64,000 nt of DNA from an uncultured Clostridia bacterium (GCA_947589265.1 CANQAI010000001.1:14484-78483); one strand, 5' to 3'; positions 9,964-20,132 are shown, numbered from the stretch's first letter. A program made the numbers and translations. Notes: generated by a model from the letters alone, not told the origin.

Positions 9964-11250
9964 TTATTTTTTAGGCTTTAAAATTTTCGTACCACCCATA
10001 TATGGCCATAAAACTTCTGGAATAATAATACTTCCATCTGGTTGATAATGATTTTCTAAAAATGCAATTAACATACGAGGTGGAGCAACTACTGTATTAT
10101 TTAAAGTATGAGCATAATAGTTTCCTTTTTCACCCTTAATACGAATGCCAAGACGTCTGGCCTGTGCGTCTGTTAAATTAGAACAGCTACCAACTTCAAA
10201 ATATTTTTGTTGTCTAGGGCTCCATGCTTCAACATCACAGCTTTTGGCCTTTAAATCTGCTAAATCTCCACTGCAACATTCCAAAGTACGAACTGGAATT
10301 TCCATGCTTCTGAATAATTCTACTGTGTAAGACCATAATTTATCATACCATTTGTAGCTATCTTCTGGCTCACAAACAACTATCATTTCTTGTTTTTCAA
10401 ATTGGTGAATACGGTAAACACCACGCTCTTCAATACCATGTGCACCTTTTTCTTTTCTAAAACATGGAGAATAAGATGTCATAGTATATGGTAAACTTTC
10501 TTTTTGTAAAATTTGGTCTTTAAATTTACCAATCATAGAATGCTCACTAGTACCAATTAAATATAAATCTTCACCCTCTATTTTGTACATCATAGCATCC
10601 ATTTCTTCAAAACTCATAACACCTGTTACTACATTACTACGAATCATAAAAGGAGGAACACAATAAGTAAATCCTTTATTAATCATAAAATCTCTAGCAT
10701 AAGAAATAACAGCAGAATGAAGTCTTGCAATATCTCCAATTAAATAATAAAAGCCATTGCCAGCAACTCTACGAGCACTATCTAAATCAATACCTTCTAA
10801 TGCTTCCATAATATCTGTATGATAAGGAATTTCATAAGGAGGAACATAAGGCTCTCCAAACTTTTGAATTTCAACATTTTCACTATCATCTTTTCCAATT
10901 GGAACAGACTCATGAATAATGTTTGGAATTTTCATCATTCTTTCCTCAATTTGCTTGCTATATTCTTCTTCTAGTTTTTCATTTTCTAATAATTTTTCAT
11001 TAATTTCAGCAACTTGATTTTTAATGCCTTCTGCTTCTTCTTTCTTTCCCTGTTTCATTAAATTGCCAATTTCACTACTTAATGAATTTCTTTTGCTTCT
11101 TAATTCATCACCATTTAACTTTGCTTCACGATTTTTTGAATCTAACTCAATTACCTCATCTACTAAATGAAGTTTGTGGTCTTGAAATTTTTTCTTAATG
11201 TTTTCCTTAACTGCATCTGGATTTTCTCTTAAAAATTTAATATCTATCAT
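9964..11250 (-). CDS. serS: Serine--tRNA ligase
   Basis: N-terminal coiled-coil arm (MIDIKFLRENP), class II motifs, 428 aa. Confidence 0.9.
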   Translation of the reverse strand: MIDIKFLRENPDAVKENIKKKFQDHKLHLVDEVIELDSKNREAKLNGDELRSKRNSLSSEIGNLMKQGKKEEAEGIKNQVAEINEKLLENEKLEEEYSKQIEERMMKIPNIIHESVPIGKDDSENVEIQKFGEPYVPPYEIPYHTDIMEALEGIDLDSARRVAGNGFYYLIGDIARLHSAVISYARDFMINKGFTYCVPPFMIRSNVVTGVMSFEEMDAMMYKIEGEDLYLIGTSEHSMIGKFKDQILQKESLPYTMTSYSPCFRKEKGAHGIEERGVYRIHQFEKQEMIVVCEPEDSYKWYDKLWSYTVELFRSMEIPVRTLECCSGDLADLKAKSCDVEAWSPRQQKYFEVGSCSNLTDAQARRLGIRIKGEKGNYYAHTLNNTVVAPPRMLIAFLENHYQPDGSIIIPEVLWPYMGGTKILKPKK

Positions 11251-11460
11251 TTAAATTCCCCCTTGACATTTTATATAATCTATTTTATTGTATAGAAATA
11301 ACTAAATTTTTTCTATGCAACAAGGTCTTGTTTAAATAAGTTTGAACATAGCTATTTTAACACTTAATTAAAGATTTTTCAACTATTTGAGTCAAAGTAA
11401 ATTTATAAAAATTATATAATAGAGCATACTAAGAAAAATAACTAAAAAAAGAGGAAAAAT

Positions 11461-12309
11461 ATGAGTTTAATTTGGGAATTTTTTAAATTTATTTTTTATA
11501 CAACAATAATAGTAGCAATTTCTAAATATCTTTTAGTGCCAATTTTAAGAAAATTAGCAGAAAGTTTAAGCTTAAAGCCTAAAACGGTTGGAAATATTGC
11601 AGGTTTAGCAACTTCTGTACCAGAATTATTAACAGTGTCTTTCTCGGCTTTTACAGGCTTGATTTCAGCAAGTACGTATAACATTATAAGTTCTAATATT
11701 ATTAATTTGGTGCAGTATTTAGCAACAATATTTTTAAATAAAAATCAAAGTATTTTAAGCAAAAGAGCAATAAAAATAGATCTTGTTATGGTTGCATTAA
11801 CTATAATCATACCAATATTTTTTTCTATGCTAAGAATAGATTTTTCTATTCAAATTGTTCCAATATTTATTTTATTACTTTTACTTTTTTATTTTATTAA
11901 TAATCATTCTCATAAACTATATTTAAATATAATAACTGAGCAAGAAAAGCAAATAGAAGAAGAGCAAAAATGGGTAAAAGGTAAGAAAAAAATAGTTATA
12001 AAAAATATAATATTTCTAAGTTTAATAGCAATTTTACTTTATTTTATTGGTAATTTACTAAGCAACACACTAGAAAATTTAAGTAATACCTTTGAAGTAC
12101 CACAATCACTTATTGGAATTTTTCTTGGATTTATTACAAGTATACCAGAATTAATTACTTTTTTAGAGGCACAAAAACACTACAAATTAAACAAACAAAA
12201 TTCAGCAAATGGGGTAATAGAAGCTACCAACAATTTATTAACTTCTAATATTATTAACTTGTTTGTTATACAATCACTTGGAATTATTATATATAGCATT
12301 GTCAGTTAA
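11461..12309 (+). CDS. CaCA-family (Na+/Ca2+ exchanger-like, YrbG-like) membrane protein
   Basis: Two alpha-repeat signatures GLATSVPELL and GFITSIPELI in hydrophobic segments, with a central low-complexity loop. Confidence 0.55.
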   Translation: MSLIWEFFKFIFYTTIIVAISKYLLVPILRKLAESLSLKPKTVGNIAGLATSVPELLTVSFSAFTGLISASTYNIISSNIINLVQYLATIFLNKNQSILSKRAIKIDLVMVALTIIIPIFFSMLRIDFSIQIVPIFILLLLLFYFINNHSHKLYLNIITEQEKQIEEEQKWVKGKKKIVIKNIIFLSLIAILLYFIGNLLSNTLENLSNTFEVPQSLIGIFLGFITSIPELITFLEAQKHYKLNKQNSANGVIEATNNLLTSNIINLFVIQSLGIIIYSIVS

Positions 12310-12384
12310 AAATGAATAGAAAACCAAAATTGGTATATAATACTAGCAAGCTTTAGATAAAAATCCAGAGGAGATGAAAAAATA

Positions 12385-12660
12385 ATGTACGATGGTTTTC
12401 AAAAAGATGATTTGCCAATAGATAAAACTGAGGAAGAAAAAAAGGTTGAGTTAATTAGAAGTGTATTAAAATCAAAAAAAGAGTTAGACCTAGCCATAAA
12501 AAATTTTGAAACTGCTGAAATGGGGTTAGTTGACTATTATGTTTATCAAATTAAAGCAAGTAAAAGTAAATTAGATTTTTTAGTTGGAAAAGCTAGAAAA
12601 ATAGGAATATCCTTAAATATGATTGAAGAATTATATTTTAGAACAAATCAAGTTAGTTAA
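12385..12660 (+). CDS. yaaL: YaaL-like protein (DUF2508)
   Basis: 91 aa, LVDYYVYQIKA..K.DFL pattern. It lies immediately upstream of bofA, which is the conserved yaaL-bofA order. Confidence 0.55.
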   Translation: MYDGFQKDDLPIDKTEEEKKVELIRSVLKSKKELDLAIKNFETAEMGLVDYYVYQIKASKSKLDFLVGKARKIGISLNMIEELYFRTNQVS

Positions 12661-12719
12661 ACAAGTCATATTTGTCCAAATTATATCATAATGATTAATA
12701 TAAGGATTGGTGATATAAT

Positions 12720-12980
12720 TTGGACATTTTTAATGCATTTATTATTTTAGGGTGTATAGTTGCATTTTGGATAATAGGAAAGGTATTTTCTATTCCACTA
12801 AAAGCTATTGGAAAGCTTATATTAAATTCTGTATTAGGTGGCATATTAATTTTTATAATAAACCTAATAGGACAACTATTTAATTTCCACATAGGGCTTA
12901 ATGTTGTAACATCATTATTAGTAGGAATTTTAGGAATTCCAGGTGCAATATTACTTATTATTTTAAAACTGTTTATTTAG
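12720..12980 (+). CDS. bofA: Pro-sigma-K processing inhibitor BofA (sporulation)
   Basis: 86 aa with two transmembrane segments and a glycine-rich LLVGILGIPGA motif. TTG start. Follows yaaL. Confidence 0.65.
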   Translation: MDIFNAFIILGCIVAFWIIGKVFSIPLKAIGKLILNSVLGGILIFIINLIGQLFNFHIGLNVVTSLLVGILGIPGAILLIILKLFI

Positions 12981-13001
12981 TTTTAAATTTTATATAAATT
13001 C

Positions 13002-14840
13002 CTATTCAACAGTAACTGATTTTGCTAAATTTCTAGGCTTATCTACATCTAATCCCTTATTTTTAGCAATATAATAAGCAAGAAGTTGAAGAGGAATTAT
13101 TGAAAGTACAGGAGATATTAAATTATTAGTTTCAGGTATATTTATAATAAAATCAAAATTATTATTACTTAGCATTTGATTTGTAATTACTAAAGTTTTT
13201 GCTCCTCTAGATACTACCTCTTGAATATTGCTAATACACTTATCAACTAAAGCAGGATCTGTTAAAACTCCAATAACTGTAACATCATTTTCAATTAATG
13301 CAATAGGACCATGCTTTAATTCTCCAGAAGCATATGCTTCAGAATGAATGTATGAAATTTCTTTTAACTTTAAAGAACCTTCCATAGCTGTATAGTAGTC
13401 ATTTCCTCTACCTAAGAAATACATGTCTTTTTCAGTATAAATTTTATCAGCAAATTTTTTAATTTCACTTACATCATTTAATACAGTTTCTACCTTAGAT
13501 GGAAGATCTAATATATCAACTTTTAAATTATCTATAATATCCTTGTCACAACTTTCTAAAATTTCTGCAAAATACATAGCCAAAATTACTAATAATATTA
13601 TTTGAGAAGTATAAGCCTTTGTAGAAGCTACAGCAATTTCAGGCCCTGCATGTGTATATATATTGCAATCTGCAATTCTTGTTATTGAACTTCCAATCAC
13701 ATTAGAAATTGCTATTGTTTTAGCCTTTTTTTCTTTTGCTAATTTTAATGCAGCAATAGTATCTGCAGTTTCACCAGATTGGCTAATATATATGCAAAGA
13801 GTTTTTTCATCAATAATAGGATTTCTGTAACGAAACTCAGACGCAATATCTACTTCAGTAGGAATATTACATAGTTTTTCAAGTGCTACTTTGCCAACTA
13901 ATCCAGCGTGCATAGCAGTACCACATGCTACAATATAAATCTTATTAACTGTTTTTAAATATTCTTTACTTATATCAATATCATCAAAACAACAATTTTT
14001 ACCAAGTTTAAATCTAGTTCCAACTGTTTCACGAATAGAATTTGGCTGTTCATAAATTTCTTTAAGCATATAATCTTCATAACCATTCTTTTCAGCATCT
14101 GCCATATCCCATTCAATACTTTTAACAGCTTTGCTATGCTCTGTTAAAGAACTATCAAAAAACTTAATATGATTATTATAAACTACTGCATACTCATAAT
14201 CATCTAACAAATAAAAATTTTTTGTATATGACAAAATAGCTGGAATATCAGAAGAAATAAAGTTTTCACTTAAGCTTGTTCCAATTACTAAAGGGCTATC
14301 TTTTCTAACTGCAATTACTCTATCTGGGTATAAGCTAGATACAACCTCAATAGCATAACTTCCCTTTAGATCATCAACAGCAGACTTTACAGCTCTTAAA
14401 AATTTATCGTCATCAGAAATTCCATTAGTATAGTAATAATGAATTAAATTAGGAATTATTTCTGTATCTGTTTGAGATAAGAATTTGTACCCTTTGCTAG
14501 ATAAAAATTCTTTTAGTTCATTATAGTTTTCTATTATTCCATTATGTACAACTGCAAATTGGTTACTATTATCTGTATGTGGGTGAGCATTTTCTTTTGA
14601 TGGCTTTCCATGAGTGGCCCATCTAGTATGAGCAATTCCAATAGAACTTGTTAAAGTGTCTATTTCTGGCATTTTTCTTAAATTTGAAACTCTCCCTTTA
14701 TCTTTTAAAACACAAATTTTATTATTTTCAATTACAGCAATGCCTGCTGAATCATATCCTCTATATTCTAAACTTAAAAGTCCATTTATTAAAACAGGCG
14801 TAGCCTTTTTATTTCCTATATATCCAACAATTCCACACAT
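13002..14840 (-). CDS. glmS: Glutamine--fructose-6-phosphate aminotransferase
   Basis: N-terminal nucleophile MCGIVGYIG, two SIS domains, C-terminal ...KSVTVE. 612 aa. Confidence 0.9.
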   Translation of the reverse strand: MCGIVGYIGNKKATPVLINGLLSLEYRGYDSAGIAVIENNKICVLKDKGRVSNLRKMPEIDTLTSSIGIAHTRWATHGKPSKENAHPHTDNSNQFAVVHNGIIENYNELKEFLSSKGYKFLSQTDTEIIPNLIHYYYTNGISDDDKFLRAVKSAVDDLKGSYAIEVVSSLYPDRVIAVRKDSPLVIGTSLSENFISSDIPAILSYTKNFYLLDDYEYAVVYNNHIKFFDSSLTEHSKAVKSIEWDMADAEKNGYEDYMLKEIYEQPNSIRETVGTRFKLGKNCCFDDIDISKEYLKTVNKIYIVACGTAMHAGLVGKVALEKLCNIPTEVDIASEFRYRNPIIDEKTLCIYISQSGETADTIAALKLAKEKKAKTIAISNVIGSSITRIADCNIYTHAGPEIAVASTKAYTSQIILLVILAMYFAEILESCDKDIIDNLKVDILDLPSKVETVLNDVSEIKKFADKIYTEKDMYFLGRGNDYYTAMEGSLKLKEISYIHSEAYASGELKHGPIALIENDVTVIGVLTDPALVDKCISNIQEVVSRGAKTLVITNQMLSNNNFDFIINIPETNNLISPVLSIIPLQLLAYYIAKNKGLDVDKPRNLAKSVTVE

Positions 14841-14999
14841 AAATGCCTCCTTATAAATTTAACTATACATACTATATTAATACAAAAAATAAAATGTGTC
14901 AAAAAATTGTAAAAAACACTTAATTGTGTTAAAATAATTCTAAGAATATTGCCTAATATAGTAAATAAGAAAATTTTGTATAAAAGGAGGCTTACAACA

Positions 15000-16796
15000 T
15001 TGTTTGATATAGAACAGGAATTAAAAAAGTTACCAAACAAACCTGGCGTTTATATTATGAAAGATAAAAACGACCATATTATTTATGTTGGAAAAGCCAT
15101 TTCTTTAAAAAATCGTGTTAGACAATACTTTAGAAAAACAAATAAAACAAAAAGAATTCAAAACATGGTAGCATTAATTGACCACTTTGAATATATTGTT
15201 ACAGATAATGAATCAGAAGCATTAATTTTAGAGTGTAACTTAATAAAAAAGAATATGCCAAAATTCAATGTTTTGCTTAAAGATGATAAAACATATCCAT
15301 ACATTAAAATAAATGTAAAAGCAGACTTCCCAGACATATACTTAACTAGAAGAATTTTAAACGATGGAGCTAGGTATTTTGGACCTTATGCAAGCAGTGG
15401 AAGTGCAAAGGAAATGATAGACTTCATTAAATCAAAATTTCAAATTAGGCAATGTAAAACTTTTAAATATAAAGATAGAGCCTGCTTAAATTATCATATA
15501 AAAAAATGTAGTGCTCCTTGTATGGGCAAAATTTCAAAAGAAGATTATAGAAAACAAATAAATCAAATAATTAGCATATTAGATGGAAATACATCAGAAG
15601 TTATAAAAGAATTATCACAGGAAATGAAACAAGCCTCTGAAAATTTAAACTATGAAAAAGCTGCTGAAATTAGAGACAAAATACTTGCAATTCAAAAAAT
15701 TACAGAAGAAAAACAAAAAGTGTCAAATATATCAGAATTTAACATTGATGTTATAGGGCTAGCAAAAAGTGCAATACAAGTATGTATAGAATTATTTTTA
15801 ATACGTGATAGAAAAATGATAGAAAGACACCATTACTTTTTTGAAGGCTTACAAGATGAAAATGATAAAGAAATTCTTTCAAACTTTATTAAACAATATT
15901 ATATAAATAATTTATTACTTCCAAATAAAATAATGATAAGAGAAGAGATAGAAGACAAAGAATTAATTGAAGAATGGTTAACAAAAAAAGCAGGAAGAAA
16001 AGTAGAAATAAAAATCCCACAAAAAGGTGAAAAATTACGTTTAGTAGAAATGGCAGAAAAAAATGCACAAATTACGCTTTTAAATAAAGAAGGAGAAAAG
16101 TATAGCATAATAAAAGAATTAAAAGAAGTTTTAAAATTAGAAAAAATGCCAAGAAAAATTGAAGGATATGATATTTCAAATCTATCTGGACAATATATTG
16201 TTTCTGGTATGTGCGTTTTAAAAGATGGGGAAATAAACAAAAGCTTATCTCGTAGATTTAAAATAAAAAGTGTTTTAGATCAAGATGATCCAAAATGTAT
16301 GTGGGAAGTTATAAAAAGAAGATTACCACATTCAATAGAAGATCCAAATGGTGGCTTTGGAGACCTTCCAGATGTTATTTTTGTAGATGGTGGCATAACA
16401 CAAATACAAGCAGCAAAAATGGCAATTAGTGAATTAAACTTGAATATTCCTGTTTATGGAATGGTAAAAGATAATAAGCACAGAACAAGAGCATTAATAG
16501 ATGAAAATAGAAAAGAAATAAAAATATCTGAAGCATTAATGAATAGAATAACTGCATTTCAAGATGCTATTCATGATACAGCAATTTCATATCATAGAAA
16601 ATTGAGAGACAAGCAAATAACAAAATCTTCCTTAAATGAAATTGAAGGCATAGGAGAAGTTAGAAAAAAAGCATTGCTTAAAAAATTTGGTACAGTTTCT
16701 AATATTAAAAATGCAAGTTGTGAGGAAATTGCACAAATTCCAGGAATAACTGTACAACTTGCTCAAAAAATAAAAGATTCACTCGAAATACCATAA
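15000..16796 (+). CDS. uvrC: Excinuclease ABC subunit C
   Basis: GIY-YIG domain (PGVYIMKD...IYVGKA), UvrC homology region, C-terminal RNase H-like/HhH domain. I chose the TTG at 15000, which has GGAGG 9 nt upstream; the track start at 14949 has no RBS. Confidence 0.8.
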   Translation: MFDIEQELKKLPNKPGVYIMKDKNDHIIYVGKAISLKNRVRQYFRKTNKTKRIQNMVALIDHFEYIVTDNESEALILECNLIKKNMPKFNVLLKDDKTYPYIKINVKADFPDIYLTRRILNDGARYFGPYASSGSAKEMIDFIKSKFQIRQCKTFKYKDRACLNYHIKKCSAPCMGKISKEDYRKQINQIISILDGNTSEVIKELSQEMKQASENLNYEKAAEIRDKILAIQKITEEKQKVSNISEFNIDVIGLAKSAIQVCIELFLIRDRKMIERHHYFFEGLQDENDKEILSNFIKQYYINNLLLPNKIMIREEIEDKELIEEWLTKKAGRKVEIKIPQKGEKLRLVEMAEKNAQITLLNKEGEKYSIIKELKEVLKLEKMPRKIEGYDISNLSGQYIVSGMCVLKDGEINKSLSRRFKIKSVLDQDDPKCMWEVIKRRLPHSIEDPNGGFGDLPDVIFVDGGITQIQAAKMAISELNLNIPVYGMVKDNKHRTRALIDENRKEIKISEALMNRITAFQDAIHDTAISYHRKLRDKQITKSSLNEIEGIGEVRKKALLKKFGTVSNIKNASCEEIAQIPGITVQLAQKIKDSLEIP

Positions 16797-16879
16797 AATT
16801 TGTATTACGATTTTAGGAATAATTCACAAAACCTAATCATATATTTTAAAAAGAAATATATATTTAGGGGGATTATTTT

Positions 16880-17083
16880 ATGGAGTATACAAAAGATTTA
16901 ATTTTAAATGTTAATATGAAAGAAGCTAGGCATAAAATAGAAAAAACAAAATGGACAAGCAGTATTTTAAAACATATAAAAAATTATAAAACTGCATTTA
17001 TTGCTACAATTGCTTTAAGTTTATTTATTGCAATAGATATAGCATTACTAACAGGTTTTGTAAGCTTACTTACTAAAATATAA
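16880..17083 (+). CDS. Small hypothetical membrane protein (67 aa)
   Basis: Strong RBS (AGGGGG 8 nt before the ATG) and a C-terminal transmembrane helix. No recognisable family. Confidence 0.35.
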   Translation: MEYTKDLILNVNMKEARHKIEKTKWTSSILKHIKNYKTAFIATIALSLFIAIDIALLTGFVSLLTKI

Positions 17084-17102
17084 GATTGAAAGTTTTATTA
17101 CT

Positions 17103-17292
17103 AGTTAATGGTTTTATTGGTAATTGCTTAAATAGTACTACATATAGATAATTGCTTAAATAGTACTAGTTTTCTTGTTTTTCAAATGCCCGTTGCTAGT
17201 CAGGCAAATTCAAAGAAGAAGGTCAGAACGGGACCTTTCAAAACTGCGAAAAATAGTACTATTTAAGCTTTAGTGCAATTATAATTATTAAC
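17103..17292. repeat. Copy A of an intergenic element bounded by inverted repeats, with a conserved GC-rich core (MITE-like or sRNA-like)
   Basis: About 85% identical to 51936-52095. The 14-bp terminal inverted repeats GCTTAAATAGTACT...AGTACTATTTAAGC pair perfectly. There is an internal 27-nt tandem duplication and a conserved core TTCTTGTTTTTCAAATGCCCGTTG...CAGAACGGGACC...AAAACTGCGAAAAATAGTACTATT. Confidence 0.7.
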
Positions 17293-17381
17293 TACTAACA
17301 AAGGTTTATAGGTAAACCCTAGGGTATTTGAAAATTAATATGCAAAAACCTAAATATAATAAAGGAACTAAAAAATAAAAA

Positions 17382-18242
17382 ATGGATGTAGCAAAAGATT
17401 GGAAAGATTATGAAATATTAGACATGGCAGATGGAGTAAAATTAGAAAGATGGAAAAATGTTATTTTATCAAGACCTGATCCACAAATAATATGGAAAGA
17501 AAAAAGTTTTCCAGAAAAATGGAAAAATGTAAATGCAACTTACCATAGAAGTTCATCAGGTGGTGGTGGCTGGAAATATGAAAAAAAGATGCCAGAATCT
17601 TGGAAAGTACAATATAAAGATTTAACTTTTAACATAAAACCAATGGGCTTTAAACATACAGGCTTATTTCCAGAACAAGCAGTTAATTGGGACTGGATGA
17701 TTTCAAAAATTAAAAATGCAGGAAGGCATATAAAAGTATTAAATTTATTTGCCTATACAGGTGGAGCAACAGTAGCATGTAGCTATGCAGGTGCAGAAGT
17801 ATGCCATGTAGATAGTTCCAAAGGTATGGTAACATGGGCAAAAGAAAATTTAGAAGCCTCAGGCTTAGGGAATAACCCAGTTAGATTTATTGTTGATGAT
17901 GTATTTAAATTTGTAAACCGTGAAATACGTAGAGGCAATAAGTATGATGCTATAATAATGGACCCACCATCTTATGGAAGAGGCACTAATGGAGAAGTAT
18001 GGAAATTTGAAGAAAACTTAACAGAATTAGTAGAACTATGTTCTAAAGTTTTATCTAACAATCCACTATTTTTTCTAATAAATTCATATACTACTGGAAT
18101 TTCAAGTATGGTATTAGAAAACATTTTAAGATTAACCATTGGAAAAATGTATGAAGGCGAATTTGAAAGTGGAGAGCTTGGACTTCCAATGACAGACTCA
18201 AAACTAATACTTCCATGTGGCATTTTTTGTCGCACTAAATAA
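17382..18242 (+). CDS. Class I SAM-dependent methyltransferase (RlmI/YwbD-like rRNA methyltransferase core, without a PUA domain)
   Basis: SAM-binding motif LNLFAYTGGATVA and DPPSYG motif IV, 286 aa. Confidence 0.65.
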   Translation: MDVAKDWKDYEILDMADGVKLERWKNVILSRPDPQIIWKEKSFPEKWKNVNATYHRSSSGGGGWKYEKKMPESWKVQYKDLTFNIKPMGFKHTGLFPEQAVNWDWMISKIKNAGRHIKVLNLFAYTGGATVACSYAGAEVCHVDSSKGMVTWAKENLEASGLGNNPVRFIVDDVFKFVNREIRRGNKYDAIIMDPPSYGRGTNGEVWKFEENLTELVELCSKVLSNNPLFFLINSYTTGISSMVLENILRLTIGKMYEGEFESGELGLPMTDSKLILPCGIFCRTK

Positions 18243-18266
18243 GTAAAAAAATAAATAGGAGCAAAA

Positions 18267-18953
18267 ATGGAACAAATAAAAGTAATTTATGAAGATAATC
18301 ATATAATAGTTGTAGAAAAACCAGTAAATATTCCATCACAGGCAGACAAAACAGAAGATATAGATATGCTAACCTTAATAAAACAATATTTGAAAGAAAA
18401 ATACAACAAACCAGGAAATGTATATTTAGGATTGATACATAGATTAGATAGACCAGTTGGTGGGGTAATGGTATTTGCCAAAACCTCTAAAGCTGCTGCA
18501 AGGCTTAGCGAGCAAGTAAGGGAAAAGAAATTTCAAAAAACATATTTAGTTGTAGTAAACGGAAAGATGGAAAAGGAAAAAGATGCACTACAAGATTATT
18601 TGCTAAAAAATGAAAAAAATAATATGAGCAAAGTAGTTAAAGAAGGAACTAAAAATAGCAAACTTGCTATTTTAGATTATGAAGTATTAAAGTATGAACC
18701 AGAAATAGACTTATCTGTTTTAAAAATTGATTTGCACACAGGAAGACATCATCAAATAAGGGTTCAGTTATCTAGCAGAAATCATAGCATTTACGGTGAT
18801 CAAAAATATGGTGGAAGAGGACATGGAAAACAAATTGCTCTTTGGGCATATGCTCTTAAAATTTACCATCCCATATCAAATGAAGTCATGACATTCTACT
18901 CTATTCCAGATTTTGTTGGAAGTTGGAAAATACTAGATGGAATTTTGAATTAA
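18267..18953 (+). CDS. RluA-family pseudouridine synthase
   Basis: Catalytic motif HRLDRPVGGVMVFAK and the RluA-family core. No S4 domain. Confidence 0.8.
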   Translation: MEQIKVIYEDNHIIVVEKPVNIPSQADKTEDIDMLTLIKQYLKEKYNKPGNVYLGLIHRLDRPVGGVMVFAKTSKAAARLSEQVREKKFQKTYLVVVNGKMEKEKDALQDYLLKNEKNNMSKVVKEGTKNSKLAILDYEVLKYEPEIDLSVLKIDLHTGRHHQIRVQLSSRNHSIYGDQKYGGRGHGKQIALWAYALKIYHPISNEVMTFYSIPDFVGSWKILDGILN

Positions 18954-18979
18954 ATAAAAACAGTATTTCTAGTAAAAGT

Positions 18980-19030
18980 AGAGAATATAATACCGTTTTG
19001 GTAATAAAATATTCTCTATTTTTGTTTTTA
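18980..19030 (+). terminator. Intrinsic terminator after the pseudouridine synthase gene
   Basis: 9-bp stem AGAGAATAT/ATATTCTCT with an internal TACC/GGTA extension, followed by ATTTTTGTTTTT. Confidence 0.55.
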
Positions 19031-19224
19031 AAATAAAAACATATATACCAAAGTAAAATGATTTTTATCAATCCAATCTTATGTAAATTTTATGAAAACG
19101 AAATATAAATATACAAAACAAAAAACGACAAATTTCGTAAATATATTTTAAAATTTTATAAATAAAACTGCTTGAATTTAATTTTTAAATATAAAATCAT
19201 TATATAAAATTTTAGAGGTAAGAA

Positions 19225-19845
19225 ATGATTGATAAATTTTGTGATTGGGTAACAAATAAAATTAAACAAGATGTAGATAACATAGATGAAGAAAAAGAAC
19301 TTGTAATTAATTTTGGGGTAAGGCTTATATTTGGTGAACTACCAAAAATACTTTTACTATTTATAATTGGTTTTCTACTAGGTATTGGCTGGTATACATT
19401 AATATTCTTCTTGCTATTATGCCCTTATCGTAGTTTTACAGGTGGCTTTCATTTAAAAACACACTTAGGATGTATAATTACAACTAGCATACTATATTTA
19501 GGTCCAATTCTACTTGCAAAATATTTACCAATACAACAGGACTATATTTTATACATAATGTCTGGAATTGTGGCAGTTTTTAGCATATTTATTATAAGTA
19601 AATATGCTCCTGCAGATACTGAAAATATACCAATTTTAACTAAAAAAGAAAGAAAATCTAAGAAGATAAAAGCTTGTATTTCATTAATTATTTTAATGGC
19701 AATTATAATATTTTACCCAAACAAATTGATTAGCTATATACTTGTTTATGGAATATTTCTACAAAATTTAACTGTTCTACCAATAGCATATAAGCTTACA
19801 AATAACAAACATGGATATGAAGTATACACAGAAGGAACAGTTTAA
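19225..19845 (+). CDS. agrB: Accessory gene regulator B (AgrB-family membrane peptidase that processes the autoinducing peptide)
   Basis: 206 aa polytopic membrane protein with the AgrB signature LLLCPYRSFTGGFHLKTH (R...GG.H) and a C-terminal basic region. Confidence 0.8.
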   Translation: MIDKFCDWVTNKIKQDVDNIDEEKELVINFGVRLIFGELPKILLLFIIGFLLGIGWYTLIFFLLLCPYRSFTGGFHLKTHLGCIITTSILYLGPILLAKYLPIQQDYILYIMSGIVAVFSIFIISKYAPADTENIPILTKKERKSKKIKACISLIILMAIIIFYPNKLISYILVYGIFLQNLTVLPIAYKLTNNKHGYEVYTEGTV

Positions 19846-19914
19846 TAATTTATGGTAATAAAGCATTTGCCGGCAATGCTTATTATAAAAATTTATTTTT
19901 AAGGAGGAATACAA

Positions 19915-20034
19915 ATGTTAAAATTATTAGCTAAAATAGCTGAAAAATATGCTCAATCAACAAATACTGCATGCTGGGTTTTAGGAATTGTTCATCAACC
20001 AAAAATGCCTGCATCTTTAATAAAAAAAGACTAA
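19915..20034 (+). CDS. agrD: Autoinducing peptide precursor AgrD (39 aa). It is not in the ORF track.
   Basis: MLKLLAKIAEKYAQSTNTACWVLGIVHQPKMPASLIKKD. It has an N-terminal amphipathic leader, a single Cys for thiolactone formation and an HQP(E/K)xP C-terminal recognition tail as in clostridial AgrD. The RBS AAGGAGG is 7 nt before the ATG and the gene follows agrB directly. Confidence 0.7.
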   Translation: MLKLLAKIAEKYAQSTNTACWVLGIVHQPKMPASLIKKD

Positions 20035-20088
20035 CACTAAAAAACAAAATAGAATATAAATATTTCCTTAAAACATAAAAACGACAAA

Positions 20089-20132
20089 AATGAGTAGCAT
20101 ATTCTTAAAAGAAAAGCTACTCATTTTTTTAT
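20089..20132. terminator. Intrinsic terminator shared by agrBD (+) and the convergent kinase gene (-)
   Basis: 10-bp stem AATGAGTAGC/GCTACTCATT with a 17-nt loop, followed by TTTTTTT. Confidence 0.65.
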
